64,000 bases of DNA from an uncultured delta proteobacterium (GCA_963789265.1 CAWBKB010000005.1:576001-640000); one strand, 5' to 3'. Positions 10,763 through 19,986 are shown, counted from the first letter of the stretch. Translations and numbers: made by a program. The notes: generated by a model not told the origin, from the sequence alone.

Positions 10763-12346
10763 TCATACCGTTGTCTGCAAGTAGTCTTCTTTCAATTTGG
10801 ATTTCATAATCTTACCAACCGGAGTCAGTGGTAACGAGTCAACGAAAACCACTTGACGAGGGATTTTGTAGTCGGCCAGAGAGGATCGACAGTGCTGGAG
10901 TACCTCTTCCTGTGTCACAGTCGCACCGGGTTTCGGAACGATGTAGTAGCGACCGATCTCTCCCAGGATTGTATCAGGAACGCCGATTCCCGCCACCATA
11001 GCGACCTTGGGATGTTTGGCTACAAGATTCTCCACCTCAACGGGGTAAACATTGAATCCGCCTTGTACATACATTTCTTTAAGCCGTCCCATAAGCGTAA
11101 TGTAACCGTTCTCGTCCAGGTAACCCATATCTCCTGTGCGCAGCCATCCTTCTTCGCCAAACGTCTCGACGGTTTCCTGCGGCATTCTGAAATAACCGGG
11201 TATCACGCAATCGCCCTTGATAAGGATTTCCCCCACCTCCCCGATGGGAACATCTGCTCCGTCGGCCCCCCGGACCTTCACGTTGAAATCGCCGAGCGGT
11301 TTCCCGATTGAACGAATGGTCGCGTCGAAATCTGAATCCCATGGACTCATGATTACAGTACCTGACGTCTCGGAGAGGCCGTACAAGTTCATTACCTTGG
11401 CCTTTGGAAACGTTTCGTACAATTGTTTCAACAGCGGCGGTTCCGCGTTGGATCCTCCTGTGATCACAAGACGGACGGAGTCCTTGTTGAAATCGTTCAT
11501 GCCTTCGTTCAGAAGCATAAGCGTGTGCATGGTCGGGACTCCCACGAAGAGGGAGGGAGGGTCAGACGCCGCCTGCTTGATCATGATTTTGGGATCGAAC
11601 ATTGGAATGAGATGGCACGTGCCGCGAGCGACAAGCATCGTCAGTAAGCAACACGTGACACCGCCCACGTGGTTGAATGGAAGAGCTAATTGAAGCGAAT
11701 CTCCGGGTACTGCTCGAATGTGTTTCGCCTCTGCCCGGGCAGAAGCCAATTGACTACGGTGCGTGTTGCCGGCGCCTTTCGGTTTCCCGGTTGTTCCGGA
11801 CGTGTAAATGATCATGATAAGATCTTCAGGAGATACAGAGCCTTGAGATGATTCCAGGGCAGCTCTATTCACGGGAGTTTGAAGCAAAACTTGATAGTCG
11901 TGGCTTCCTTTGTCACCGGGATCGCCTATAAAGATGAAATCACGCACAGACGGAATGCGTTCTCTCATGCCCTTGAAGAACTGCACATAATCCATGTCAC
12001 CTGCCGATGCGAGTGACACAATGGCCCTTGCCTCGGAGTGGTTGAGGATGTAATTCAGCTCTGTTTCGCGATACCGCACCGAGAGGCCCACAACCACTGC
12101 TCCTATCTTCGCCGCGGCAAAATACGTGTAAACCCACTCCGGCTGGTTCAAGGCGATTATGCCGATACGGTCGCCCTTTTGAAAACCAAGGTTCAGCAAC
12201 CCCGCGGCAACGTGATCAGAGCGCCGATCCACTTCTTCGAAGGTTAAATCGCTCCCCTGCCACGTGTACCCTCGACCTGATGTGCGGTCCCGCGCTGCTT
12301 CCTTGAGCGCTCGCCAGATGACCTCGGCCTCCGAAACGTTTGCCAT
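10763..12346 (-). CDS. Acyl-CoA synthetase / class I adenylate-forming enzyme
   Basis: YTSGTTGKPKG, YGLSET, TGD and GKIMK motifs. RBS aaggag before ATG 12346. Confidence 0.93.
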   Translation of the reverse strand: MANVSEAEVIWRALKEAARDRTSGRGYTWQGSDLTFEEVDRRSDHVAAGLLNLGFQKGDRIGIIALNQPEWVYTYFAAAKIGAVVVGLSVRYRETELNYILNHSEARAIVSLASAGDMDYVQFFKGMRERIPSVRDFIFIGDPGDKGSHDYQVLLQTPVNRAALESSQGSVSPEDLIMIIYTSGTTGKPKGAGNTHRSQLASARAEAKHIRAVPGDSLQLALPFNHVGGVTCCLLTMLVARGTCHLIPMFDPKIMIKQAASDPPSLFVGVPTMHTLMLLNEGMNDFNKDSVRLVITGGSNAEPPLLKQLYETFPKAKVMNLYGLSETSGTVIMSPWDSDFDATIRSIGKPLGDFNVKVRGADGADVPIGEVGEILIKGDCVIPGYFRMPQETVETFGEEGWLRTGDMGYLDENGYITLMGRLKEMYVQGGFNVYPVEVENLVAKHPKVAMVAGIGVPDTILGEIGRYYIVPKPGATVTQEEVLQHCRSSLADYKIPRQVVFVDSLPLTPVGKIMKSKLKEDYLQTTV

Positions 12347-12450
12347 CAGTTCGACTCCTTTCTGTAACATCGCTAAACGTGGTTGGCTCTGTCCGGGGAG
12401 ATAGGTTCGGCCCCATGGCAACGAGCGTCTTTCGAAAAAGGCACTTGGGT

Positions 12451-12499
12451 TTCTGAACGACTAGTCGTTTTTTTATCAGCCTCGCGTGGTCAGTGTCAA
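12451..12499 (-). promoter_or_regulatory. Sigma70-type promoter of the catabolic operon with overlapping palindromic operator
   Basis: Minus-strand TTGACA (12499-12494), AT-rich -10 region, then the perfect palindrome AACGACTAGTCGTT (12456-12469). Confidence 0.7.
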
Positions 12500-12553
12500 G
12501 ATTTTTCAATTCCTCGCGGCACTCTTTCACTTCCATAGTGAATCTGCTCCCCT

Positions 12554-12699
12554 TGTCATTGCGAGGAGTGAATGGTGGGGCAGGCTTCCAGCCTGTCTAT
12601 TAGGGATGACGGGCAATCCCGCGTTCCGCACGGGACATTCCACCGGCAATCTGAGCGATGTTTAGAGGAAAGGGTTGCTTCGCTTCGCTCGGAATGACT
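12554..12699. repeat. Composite REP-like element
   Basis: tgtcattgcgaggag…gcttccagcctgtctatt (shared with the 5154 copy) … ttgcttcgcttcgctcggaatgac. Confidence 0.65.
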
Positions 12700-12797
12700 C
12701 TCTCCCCTGATTAAGTAAGTTTAGTCGCTCATTGGCCTTCTTTGAAATGATCATCTATTTGGGGAGCATTGCAGCCTCCCCTCCGGATCGCCCGCTC

Positions 12798-12844
12798 TTG
12801 ACAGTTCTCATCTCCTTTTGGTACAAACGACTGATCGTTCAGAA
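12798..12844 (+). promoter_or_regulatory. tetR promoter with second operator copy
   Basis: TTGACA-N18-TACAAA followed by AAACGACTGATCGTTCAGAA (12825-12844), 18/20 identical to the reverse complement of 12451-12470. Confidence 0.7.
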
Positions 12845-12859
12845 TGGCATACTACGAGT

Positions 12860-13496
12860 ATGAAAACTAAAATTCAGAATCCTGAAAGAGTGAAGCTTCG
12901 TAGAAAGCAGATTTATCACGGAGCAATGAAAGTTTTCCGAAAGAAGGGCTTTCATGCAGCTTCTATTCGGGAAATCGCCGAGGCCAGTCGTCTCAGTCCC
13001 GGAGCGCTGTACAACTACATAGACAAGAAAGAAGATATTCTGTACCTTGGTACACGAGGAACTCCTCACTAATATTGATGAATGTCTTGATAAAGCTCTT
13101 CAGAGGCACCGGGATCCAGTACAAAGACTCGTGCAAGTGGTGCGGGACATTTTCGAGTTCAGCCTCCGGCTAAAGGAAGAGACGCTCTTCATGTACACGG
13201 AATCCAAGTTCCTGGAAAAACAATACTTGCACAAAGTACTTGAGCAGGAATCCAGATTTGTCTCTAGACTCGAGGCGCTTATCAGAGAGGGGATAAGTAA
13301 AGGCGTATTTGAATGTAGCGAACCAGGCGTATTTGCCAACATCCTGGCCCTGTTGATGGCTCTGATCCCGCTGCGCAGTTGGAATCTCGTGCCTTATTAC
13401 TCGGAAAAGGAAATTCTCGAAGAACTCGTCACGCTTCTCTTAAGAGGATTGAGGGCGGACGAAGTGCTACCTGTATCTAAGAGCACGTCCGCATAG
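12860..13496 (+). CDS. TetR/AcrR family regulator (frameshift near 13046)
   Basis: KGFHAASIREIAE…GALYNYIDKKEDIL helix-turn-helix. The C-terminal domain is in ORF 13047..13496. Divergent from the catabolic operon. Confidence 0.9.
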
Positions 13497-13744
13497 GCGT
13501 TGAAACAAGTGCGGATCAACAGAAAACATTCCGAATTGACCCCCGATCCAGCCTGATTATATTAGAACAAGGTTCATAGAATGCTTCCGTGGAGGATTCA
13601 AAATGAAGAACAGGAAAGCATGCTGTTTCATGGGAAGCTTCTGCAAGGAATTAAAGAAATCTGACTGTCTGAAAGCCGGCGGCAAAGTAGTAGAAGATTG
13701 CTCAAGGTGCAAGTAACTGAAATAATATCGTTTTGTTGGTGCCG

Positions 13745-13897
13745 ATGATTGAAGGTAGGTCGGCATTAACCAATGATGAATTGGATGTTTTTCGCGGCAA
13801 ACGGGAAGAATTCGTGGGAAAGCTCCAAGAAAAATACGGCATTCAACGTGAAAGAGCAGAGGAGGAACCTGAGGAGTTTCTTCGGAAGCTTCACTGA
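13745..13897 (+). pseudogene. CsbD/YjbJ-family small protein, N-terminally truncated (50 aa, below the ORF-track cutoff)
   Basis: Translates MIEGRSALTNDELDVFRGKREEFVGKLQEKYGIQRERAEEE…, matching the YjbJ pattern LTDDD…GKRDQLVGKIQERYG. Confidence 0.7.
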
Positions 13898-14015
13898 GCA
13901 ACGCTTTCACTTTAATCTTGGCTCAATTCCCACCGTGAAGTAGCCGTGAAAAATCGTGCTGATAAATGGTAGTACCTGCGCAGAAGTCCACTTCGTAGCG
14001 TCGCTCGTAGTGCGC

Positions 14016-14423
14016 TTAGGCCGGTGTCGCAGGGCTTTGCCCACCTTTTTTTCCAGGCTCTTTCCTCACTTTCTTTGCAGGTTGTTTGGGCCGGGCGCGG
14101 CCTCCTGTGGCCCGCTCTTCCGCGGCTCGCACCTGCCCAATGACTGCTTCTTCATCTATTCTCTTGCTCTGAATCCGCTTCAAATCACTCTTTGCTCCAG
14201 CTTCCTTTGCCCGGACTCTCCTCGGCTCATGAGCAACCTCGGACAAAGTCCGTCGCCCTGTTTCATAAAGTAAGAATCCGCATTTCAAAATTGCCTTCAT
14301 CGCGGGTCTCACAGCAGACCATGCCAATGGCAGAATCACAGGTGCCACAAGCACACTCGCGCCGACTGCTGCGCCGGTCAACACGTCACCAGTAGGTCTA
14401 AATCCCCAGATTTTCATGATCAT
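14016..14423 (-). CDS. DUF5132-like small protein with Lys-rich tail
   Basis: GAAVGASVLVAPVILP…RPAMKAILKCG.LLYE pattern. RBS ggaggcg. Confidence 0.55.
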   Translation of the reverse strand: MIMKIWGFRPTGDVLTGAAVGASVLVAPVILPLAWSAVRPAMKAILKCGFLLYETGRRTLSEVAHEPRRVRAKEAGAKSDLKRIQSKRIDEEAVIGQVRAAEERATGGRARPKQPAKKVRKEPGKKGGQSPATPA

Positions 14424-14727
14424 CGCCTCCCATTTGTCGGCTCACAACGATTGCCAAAATTAACATGTCTGTTCACACTGCATCCGCGTTTTTGTGGCCA
14501 GGGGGTCAGAAAATACAATTGCGCGGGCACGAAACAATTTGCTGCAATGGGTTCCTCGCCGTCGTTGTTTTCGCGCTTTCGAGACTCCGCGCTAAATGGT
14601 TCTATTAATCAAATTACTTCGTCCTTCGACTCCCCGCAATGAAAACCCCAGCAAATTAGGCAACAAATTGGGCCGCCGTCGATGGTCGTATTTCCTCATA
14701 AACATAAATTGTATCGGAAGTTTATAC

Positions 14728-14756
14728 TTGACAAACGCAAATATTTATGATACAGT
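14728..14756 (+). promoter_or_regulatory. Transposase promoter with -35 inside the left TIR
   Basis: TTGACA-N17-TACAGT with extended TG. Confidence 0.7.
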
Positions 14757-14789
14757 CCCCCCTAGATAATAAGCACAAAGGGGACTGCC

Positions 14790-15722
14790 ATGAAAGCCGA
14801 AACTTTAAACCTCGCTACTCTTTCCCCGCTGTTCGCCGACGAAGAGGCTGCCCGCAAATTTCTTGAAGCACAAAGATGGCTGAACGGTCCGGTGTGTCCC
14901 CGCTGTGGTAGCACAAGAGCACATGCGCTTACCCCGAGAGAAGGATCAAAGAGGCCGGTAAGAAAAGGTGTGTACTTTTGTGGCGGGTGCCGCAAGCAGT
15001 TCACGGTTAGGATAGGCACCATCTTTGAAGATTCTCATATTCCCTTGAACAAATGGCTTATAGCTTTCCATCTGATGTCGAGCAGCAAGAAGGGAGTCAG
15101 TTCCATGCAATTGCATCGTGAACTTGGCATCACTCTGAAGTCTGCCTGGTTCCTCAGCCACAGAATCAGGGAGGCTATGGCAGAGAAGCATGACGGCTTG
15201 TTGTGTGGAATTGTCGAAGTAGATGAAACATACGTCGGCGGTAAACCCCGTAAGGGCAGCAACGGCTCTAAGCGCGGCCGTGGCACTGATAAGATTCCTG
15301 TTATGGCTTTGGTAGAAAGAAATGGAAATGTTCGATCTAAGCCTGTCGAGCGCGTTAATGCAAAGGCTCTGAGAGGCGCAATTTTTGAGAATGTGGACAG
15401 AGGTGCTCACATTGTGACCGATGAATTTGCTGCCTATAATGGGATCGGGATGTACTATCGCAGCCACAAGAAAGTAAACCATAAGCAAGGTGAGTATTCG
15501 AGAGGCGACGTAACTACGAATACAGTTGAATCCTTTTTTGCTATCCTGAAACGTGGTCATTATGGGATCTTTCACAGCCTCAGCAAGCAACACCTGCATC
15601 GTTATTGCAACGAATTTGCCTTTCGGTGGAATAATCGCAAGGTGAGTGACGGCGAGCGTATGATTGCTGCTATAATGGGGGTAGAAGGCAAGAGGCTTAT
15701 GTATCGCCAGAGCGTAAACTGA
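14790..15722 (+). CDS. IS1595-family (ISXO2-like) DDE transposase
   Basis: N-terminal CPRC…CGGC Zn ribbon, VEVDETY, VTDE, TNTVESFF..LKR and YCNEFAFRWN. Confidence 0.96.
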   Translation: MKAETLNLATLSPLFADEEAARKFLEAQRWLNGPVCPRCGSTRAHALTPREGSKRPVRKGVYFCGGCRKQFTVRIGTIFEDSHIPLNKWLIAFHLMSSSKKGVSSMQLHRELGITLKSAWFLSHRIREAMAEKHDGLLCGIVEVDETYVGGKPRKGSNGSKRGRGTDKIPVMALVERNGNVRSKPVERVNAKALRGAIFENVDRGAHIVTDEFAAYNGIGMYYRSHKKVNHKQGEYSRGDVTTNTVESFFAILKRGHYGIFHSLSKQHLHRYCNEFAFRWNNRKVSDGERMIAAIMGVEGKRLMYRQSVN

Positions 15723-15735
15723 AGGGAAGGGGACA

Positions 15736-15957
15736 ATGTCCTCATCGGAGAAAAGTCAAATGAAGACCGCAAGCGCAAAGCGGAAGCGAAAAGAGAGCGC
15801 GGGCAAAGAGAAGCCGCCTGGCGAGAAACGGAAGCTGTGCAAACCGCTTTCGCTTTCATGTTTCACCTTTGATGAAATAGTAAAAACGGCTCTGGCAACC
15901 AAGCCGAAGAAGAAGGGCCAAGGTCAAAAGACAGAAGATGAGCCAGAAGACGGATGA
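15736..15957 (+). CDS. Small basic hypothetical passenger protein (73 aa)
   Basis: Starts 13 bp after the transposase stop, with a purine-rich RBS. Overlaps the MTase start. Core KPLSLSCFTFDEIVKTALATKP. Confidence 0.55.
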   Translation: MSSSEKSQMKTASAKRKRKESAGKEKPPGEKRKLCKPLSLSCFTFDEIVKTALATKPKKKGQGQKTEDEPEDG

Positions 15958-17641
15958 ACGGAAAAATCAACTCTACTTTGGGGATAACCTCCAAATTCTC
16001 AGAGAGCATGTAGATGACGAGTCAGTTGACCTGATTTATCTTGACCCACCCTTCAACTCTCAGGCCACCTACAACGTGCTATTTGGAGAACAAGACGGTT
16101 CCCGATCTCAAGCTCAAATCGCCGCGTTCGAGGACACGTGGGAATGGAGTGCTGAGGCTGAATCTATCTATCGTGAAGTGGTCACTGAAAAACCTGGAAG
16201 GCTTGCCGATTTTCTTCAGGCTTTACGAAGCATTCTCAAAAGTAGCAATATGATGGCTTATCTAGTAATGATGTCTCCCAGATTACTGGAACTCCACAGA
16301 ATCCTAAAATCATCTGGAAGTATCTATCTTCATTGCGACCCAACGGCGAGTCATTACCTTAAACTATTGATGGATACGATTTTCGACCCGAGGAATTTTA
16401 GGAATGAAATCATCTGGAAAAGGACTGGCGCACACAGTTCAGCTAAAAAATTTGGGCCTGTCCACGACACGCTTTTATTCTACTCAAAGTCATCGGATTA
16501 TAAATGGCTGCCCATCTTTCAACCATACGGTGAACACTATTTGGCGACTAAATATCGGTACGAAGATGAACGAGGTACGTATAGATTAGTCGATCTGACC
16601 GCTGCTGGATTGAGAACCGGCTCAAGTAAACCCTGGCGAGGCTGCAATCCAGAAGAAAAGGGCCGACATTGGGCTGTACCAAATAGCATCCTTGCTTCTC
16701 TCGTAGACATTGACAAAAACCGAAGCATGTCTACGAATGCAAAGCTAGACTTGTTAGATGGACACGGCTATATTTATTGGCCCGAAAAGGGAAGAAAAGA
16801 AGAAAGGGGGCGCCCTCACTATAAACGGTACCTAACAGGCGGCATACATGCTCAAGACGTGATTACCGATATTCCCCCTATTAATTCCCAAGCGAAGGAA
16901 CGACTCCATTATCCTACTCAAAAACCCGAAGCCCTCTTAGAGCGCATCATTAAGGCTTCCAGTAATAAAGGGGATATCGTGCTCGACCCCTTCTGTGGTT
17001 GCGGGACTACAATTAACGTCGCCGAACGCCTGCATAGAAGATGGATCGGGATTGATATTACTCACCTCGCAATCGCTCTTATCAGGAACCGGCTTCAAGA
17101 CACGTTTGCAACGGAGCTTTCCCCTTATGAGGTTCTGGGTTCCCCGAAAGACCTGTCCAGCGCTAAGGCCCTCGCTCTTCAGGATCGTTATCAATTTGAG
17201 TGGTGGGCTTTGAGCCTTGTAGAGGCCCGGCCTGCCCAGGACAGGAAAAAAGGCGCAGATTCAGGCATCGACGGTTACATTAACTTCTTTGACGACGGAA
17301 GCGGGAAAGCTAAGAAAATCATTGTCCAGGTGAAAAGCGGACACATAGGCGTTAAAGAAATGAGGGATTTTATCCATGTGGTTGACCGAGAGAAGGCAGC
17401 AATTGGGGTCTTTATAACCCTTGAATCACCTACCGGACCGATGAAGGACGAGGCTCTCGCGGCCGGTTATTACTCGCCCGAACGCCTCGCCAAGGAACAC
17501 ACCGCACTGAAGATCCAAATTGTCACTATAGGGGAACTACTTGGCGGTGTTCAGATCCGATATCCGCGCATGCTCGTAACTACGTTCAAAAGGGCTGAAC
17601 GGAAGTATAAAGATAGTCCTCAGCAAGATAACTTGTTATGA
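15938..17641 (+). CDS. Beta-class N6/N4 DNA methyltransferase fused to a C-terminal Mrr-like PD-(D/E)xK domain
   Basis: Motif IV DPPF, YPTQKPE and motif I LDPFCGCGTT. C-terminal DSGIDG…IVQVKSG. Confidence 0.9.
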   Translation: MSQKTDERKNQLYFGDNLQILREHVDDESVDLIYLDPPFNSQATYNVLFGEQDGSRSQAQIAAFEDTWEWSAEAESIYREVVTEKPGRLADFLQALRSILKSSNMMAYLVMMSPRLLELHRILKSSGSIYLHCDPTASHYLKLLMDTIFDPRNFRNEIIWKRTGAHSSAKKFGPVHDTLLFYSKSSDYKWLPIFQPYGEHYLATKYRYEDERGTYRLVDLTAAGLRTGSSKPWRGCNPEEKGRHWAVPNSILASLVDIDKNRSMSTNAKLDLLDGHGYIYWPEKGRKEERGRPHYKRYLTGGIHAQDVITDIPPINSQAKERLHYPTQKPEALLERIIKASSNKGDIVLDPFCGCGTTINVAERLHRRWIGIDITHLAIALIRNRLQDTFATELSPYEVLGSPKDLSSAKALALQDRYQFEWWALSLVEARPAQDRKKGADSGIDGYINFFDDGSGKAKKIIVQVKSGHIGVKEMRDFIHVVDREKAAIGVFITLESPTGPMKDEALAAGYYSPERLAKEHTALKIQIVTIGELLGGVQIRYPRMLVTTFKRAERKYKDSPQQDNLL

Positions 17642-17962
17642 CGCTACGTAATCCTTCAGTCTACTCGAACTAGCCTGTATTCCCACCGCGATGCTCTCGA
17701 TATAGACCTTTTCATGATTGTATCTATACAAAACTTCGATAGGTGGGAATCTGCCTGAAATGTGCAAATACAACCCAATACCTAAACTGGCACAGACGAC
17801 GCCCCTGATGCCGACTTCATCCGGGCGAGCAGCAAGCATCATTTCTATCTTGCGATAGGTTCGATCAAATTCCGGTGAATCTACGGTCCAAGAATCTACT
17901 GTTGATTCTGCCGCATGCTCTAATACGACTGTTCTAACCCTGCAATCAATAACAGAGCCCAT
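17636..17962 (-). CDS. Hypothetical passenger protein, possible RelE/ParE-like fold
   Basis: 108 aa with AGGAG RBS. C-terminal IEVLYRY…VYIESI beta-hairpin pattern resembles RelE-type toxins. The fold call is inference. Confidence 0.55.
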   Translation of the reverse strand: MGSVIDCRVRTVVLEHAAESTVDSWTVDSPEFDRTYRKIEMMLAARPDEVGIRGVVCASLGIGLYLHISGRFPPIEVLYRYNHEKVYIESIAVGIQASSSRLKDYVAS

Positions 17963-18342
17963 TTTGAATGTACTCCTAGCCCGTAAGCCACAAAAGACTT
18001 GACACCCGTCAGCTTCTATGATTTAAACGAGCTACGCCCTTTGGGCAAAATAGGCACTTTAGCCCATTCCCAGCGGACGAGAAGAGGACAGGCTGCTACC
18101 TGTCTCAGTTAAAATTTACCTGCACCAATCTGCAAACACTAAAACGACCGGACGCGCCCTACGCCTCCCGGTGTTTATGGGCGCATCATTATCGCCGCAC
18201 ATCGCACTTGTCAAGCAAAATTATATACTTAAAGCCATTTCCGCGAAAGTACGCGAACTTCCTAAATTTACTAAGAGAACCTGATTCGTCTTGATTCTGT
18301 GTGTTTAGATGGGATAATGAAAATTCTGATCCTCTAAGCGAG

Positions 18343-18371
18343 ATAGTAAGCTAGGCTGGTGCGTTTGTCAA
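18343..18371 (-). promoter_or_regulatory. Inward promoter with -35 inside the right TIR
   Basis: Minus-strand TTGACA-N17-TACTAT. Confidence 0.6.
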
Positions 18372-18514
18372 GTATAAACTTCCGAATTGTATTCCACAGC
18401 TAATAATGTCAAGAGATTACAGCAATAATGGAGACTTTAGCGAAAATACAAAATCAAACTGTGATTATAAAAGTCACTCATTATCGGAGAAAAAATGTCT
18501 TTGCCTTCCACAAT

Positions 18515-19018
18515 TTACAGCCTCAGAATGAATTTCTGCTCCCTAATATTCGTTCCCCACCGATCCACATCGTGCTCTTGGACTAAACCAAAGCCTTGTT
18601 CCTCGTACAAATGGCGTGCTGACTCCAAGCCTCTGAAAGTCCACAGAAATACCACCTTGTGGCCCGCGAATCTGCAAAATGCAACCGCAGTCTGAATCAA
18701 GAGGCGGCCAATGCCGCGCGCTTGTGACCGAGATTCCACGATGAACCAGCGAAGCCGTGCCCCTTCCTCATTGGTCTGATTCCCGTCTATGACAACGGCT
18801 CCGGCAAACCTGCCGTTGATCAGCGCTGCCCAGAATCCATTGGTTTCCGGGCGGAAACTACTCATGAACTCGCAGAGTTCCGTGCCGACTTGTGCTTCAA
18901 ACGACATATCAAATTTCCAATGCTCAAAATAATAAACTGCATGCAACTCTACTATCTTGCCGAGAACGCCGGGGTAATAGCCTGTTAACTCTATGCTGTC
19001 CGTTCCGATCTCGTTCAT
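18515..19018 (-). CDS. GNAT N-acetyltransferase
   Basis: ARLRWFIV…QARGIGR acetyl-CoA motif, LWT…ARHLYEEQGF. Confidence 0.9.
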   Translation of the reverse strand: MNEIGTDSIELTGYYPGVLGKIVELHAVYYFEHWKFDMSFEAQVGTELCEFMSSFRPETNGFWAALINGRFAGAVVIDGNQTNEEGARLRWFIVESRSQARGIGRLLIQTAVAFCRFAGHKVVFLWTFRGLESARHLYEEQGFGLVQEHDVDRWGTNIREQKFILRL

Positions 19019-19073
19019 ACGCTTTCCCCACTTTTAGCCTGTTGCCGAGGGCGAACCGCCGGAAGCTCGCCGG

Positions 19074-19766
19074 TCACCGGCTATATCGGCTTAGTAGCTT
19101 GATAAGTCTTCCTGCTGCCGGCGAGACAGGGCCTTTGCCTTCGAAGAAGCTGTCGATCACGGAAAGGTCTGAACCGTAATACCCTTCATTGGCTACCCAG
19201 TCAGCTTGAATCATACTTCCCTGTAAAGAGAGTCCCGCGAAAATCCCCTGGGCCCTGGAATAAGAAAGAATCCCGGAAGAAAAGGCAACATCGGTGGACG
19301 CGGAAGCATCTCTGCCAATAGGCCCGGCCGCTAAGGATGCATCCGCTCCTATTGTGAATTTATCGTGAAATAGGCCCCGGAGGCTGACATCGTTCATGAC
19401 AAGCAGAACCAGGTCTGTGGCCTGAACGCCCACCTGCCAACCGAAACTGCCCCCAATGAGCCTGACGAAAGCGGGAGGTCCCCATTTTCTAGTCGGAGCT
19501 TGACGTCGCAGAACGACCCCTTTGCCGTACTGACCGCCGATGCCTAGTCCGGCCTTGATCACTGAAGGGAATATGATAACGGCGCGGCAACGCCTGAGAA
19601 GATCGGAAGGGATGCCCCCGTCCGGCGCATTTATCATTTCCTTGAGAACCCGAGCAGAACCGGAAATGCGGTTCTCAAGCTCAAGTGATCGAGCCCAGCA
19701 TCTGCCCGCGGCAGGGAAAAGGGCGATCAACAAAATTAGGGCAATCGGAAGCGAGCAAGTCTTCAT
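19074..19766 (-). CDS. SYLF/Ysc84 lipid-binding domain protein, exported
   Basis: Signal peptide, KAGLGIGGQYGKG, GGSFGWQVG, AAGPIGR and YSRAQGIFAG motifs. Confidence 0.88.
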   Translation of the reverse strand: MKTCSLPIALILLIALFPAAGRCWARSLELENRISGSARVLKEMINAPDGGIPSDLLRRCRAVIIFPSVIKAGLGIGGQYGKGVVLRRQAPTRKWGPPAFVRLIGGSFGWQVGVQATDLVLLVMNDVSLRGLFHDKFTIGADASLAAGPIGRDASASTDVAFSSGILSYSRAQGIFAGLSLQGSMIQADWVANEGYYGSDLSVIDSFFEGKGPVSPAAGRLIKLLSRYSR

Positions 19767-19986
19767 CTTGCGTCCTCTCCTCTTTGCAAGGCTCAAAAGT
19801 TATACTCCCGACTGCAAAGCTCTTCAAGGAGTCGAAAATCGACCAGCGTCGGCTCTCGCAAGGATCATCGAGCAGATTGGCTGTGCGACAAGTTCCTTTT
19901 CCCTTGACATGAGGAGAACCGTCTGATTATTTGCAGGACGGTAGTCTCTTTTCAAAAACGGCCTTCCCAGCAGCAAGGAGTCAGCG

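Larger units (their letters stand above)
14715..18384 (+). mobile_element. IS1595-family transporter element (3670 bp) with passenger genes
   Basis: Perfect 25-bp TIRs CGGAAGTTTATACTTGACAAACGCA (14715-14739 and 18360-18384). 8-bp TSD AATTGTAT (14707-14714 and 18385-18392). Confidence 0.96.
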
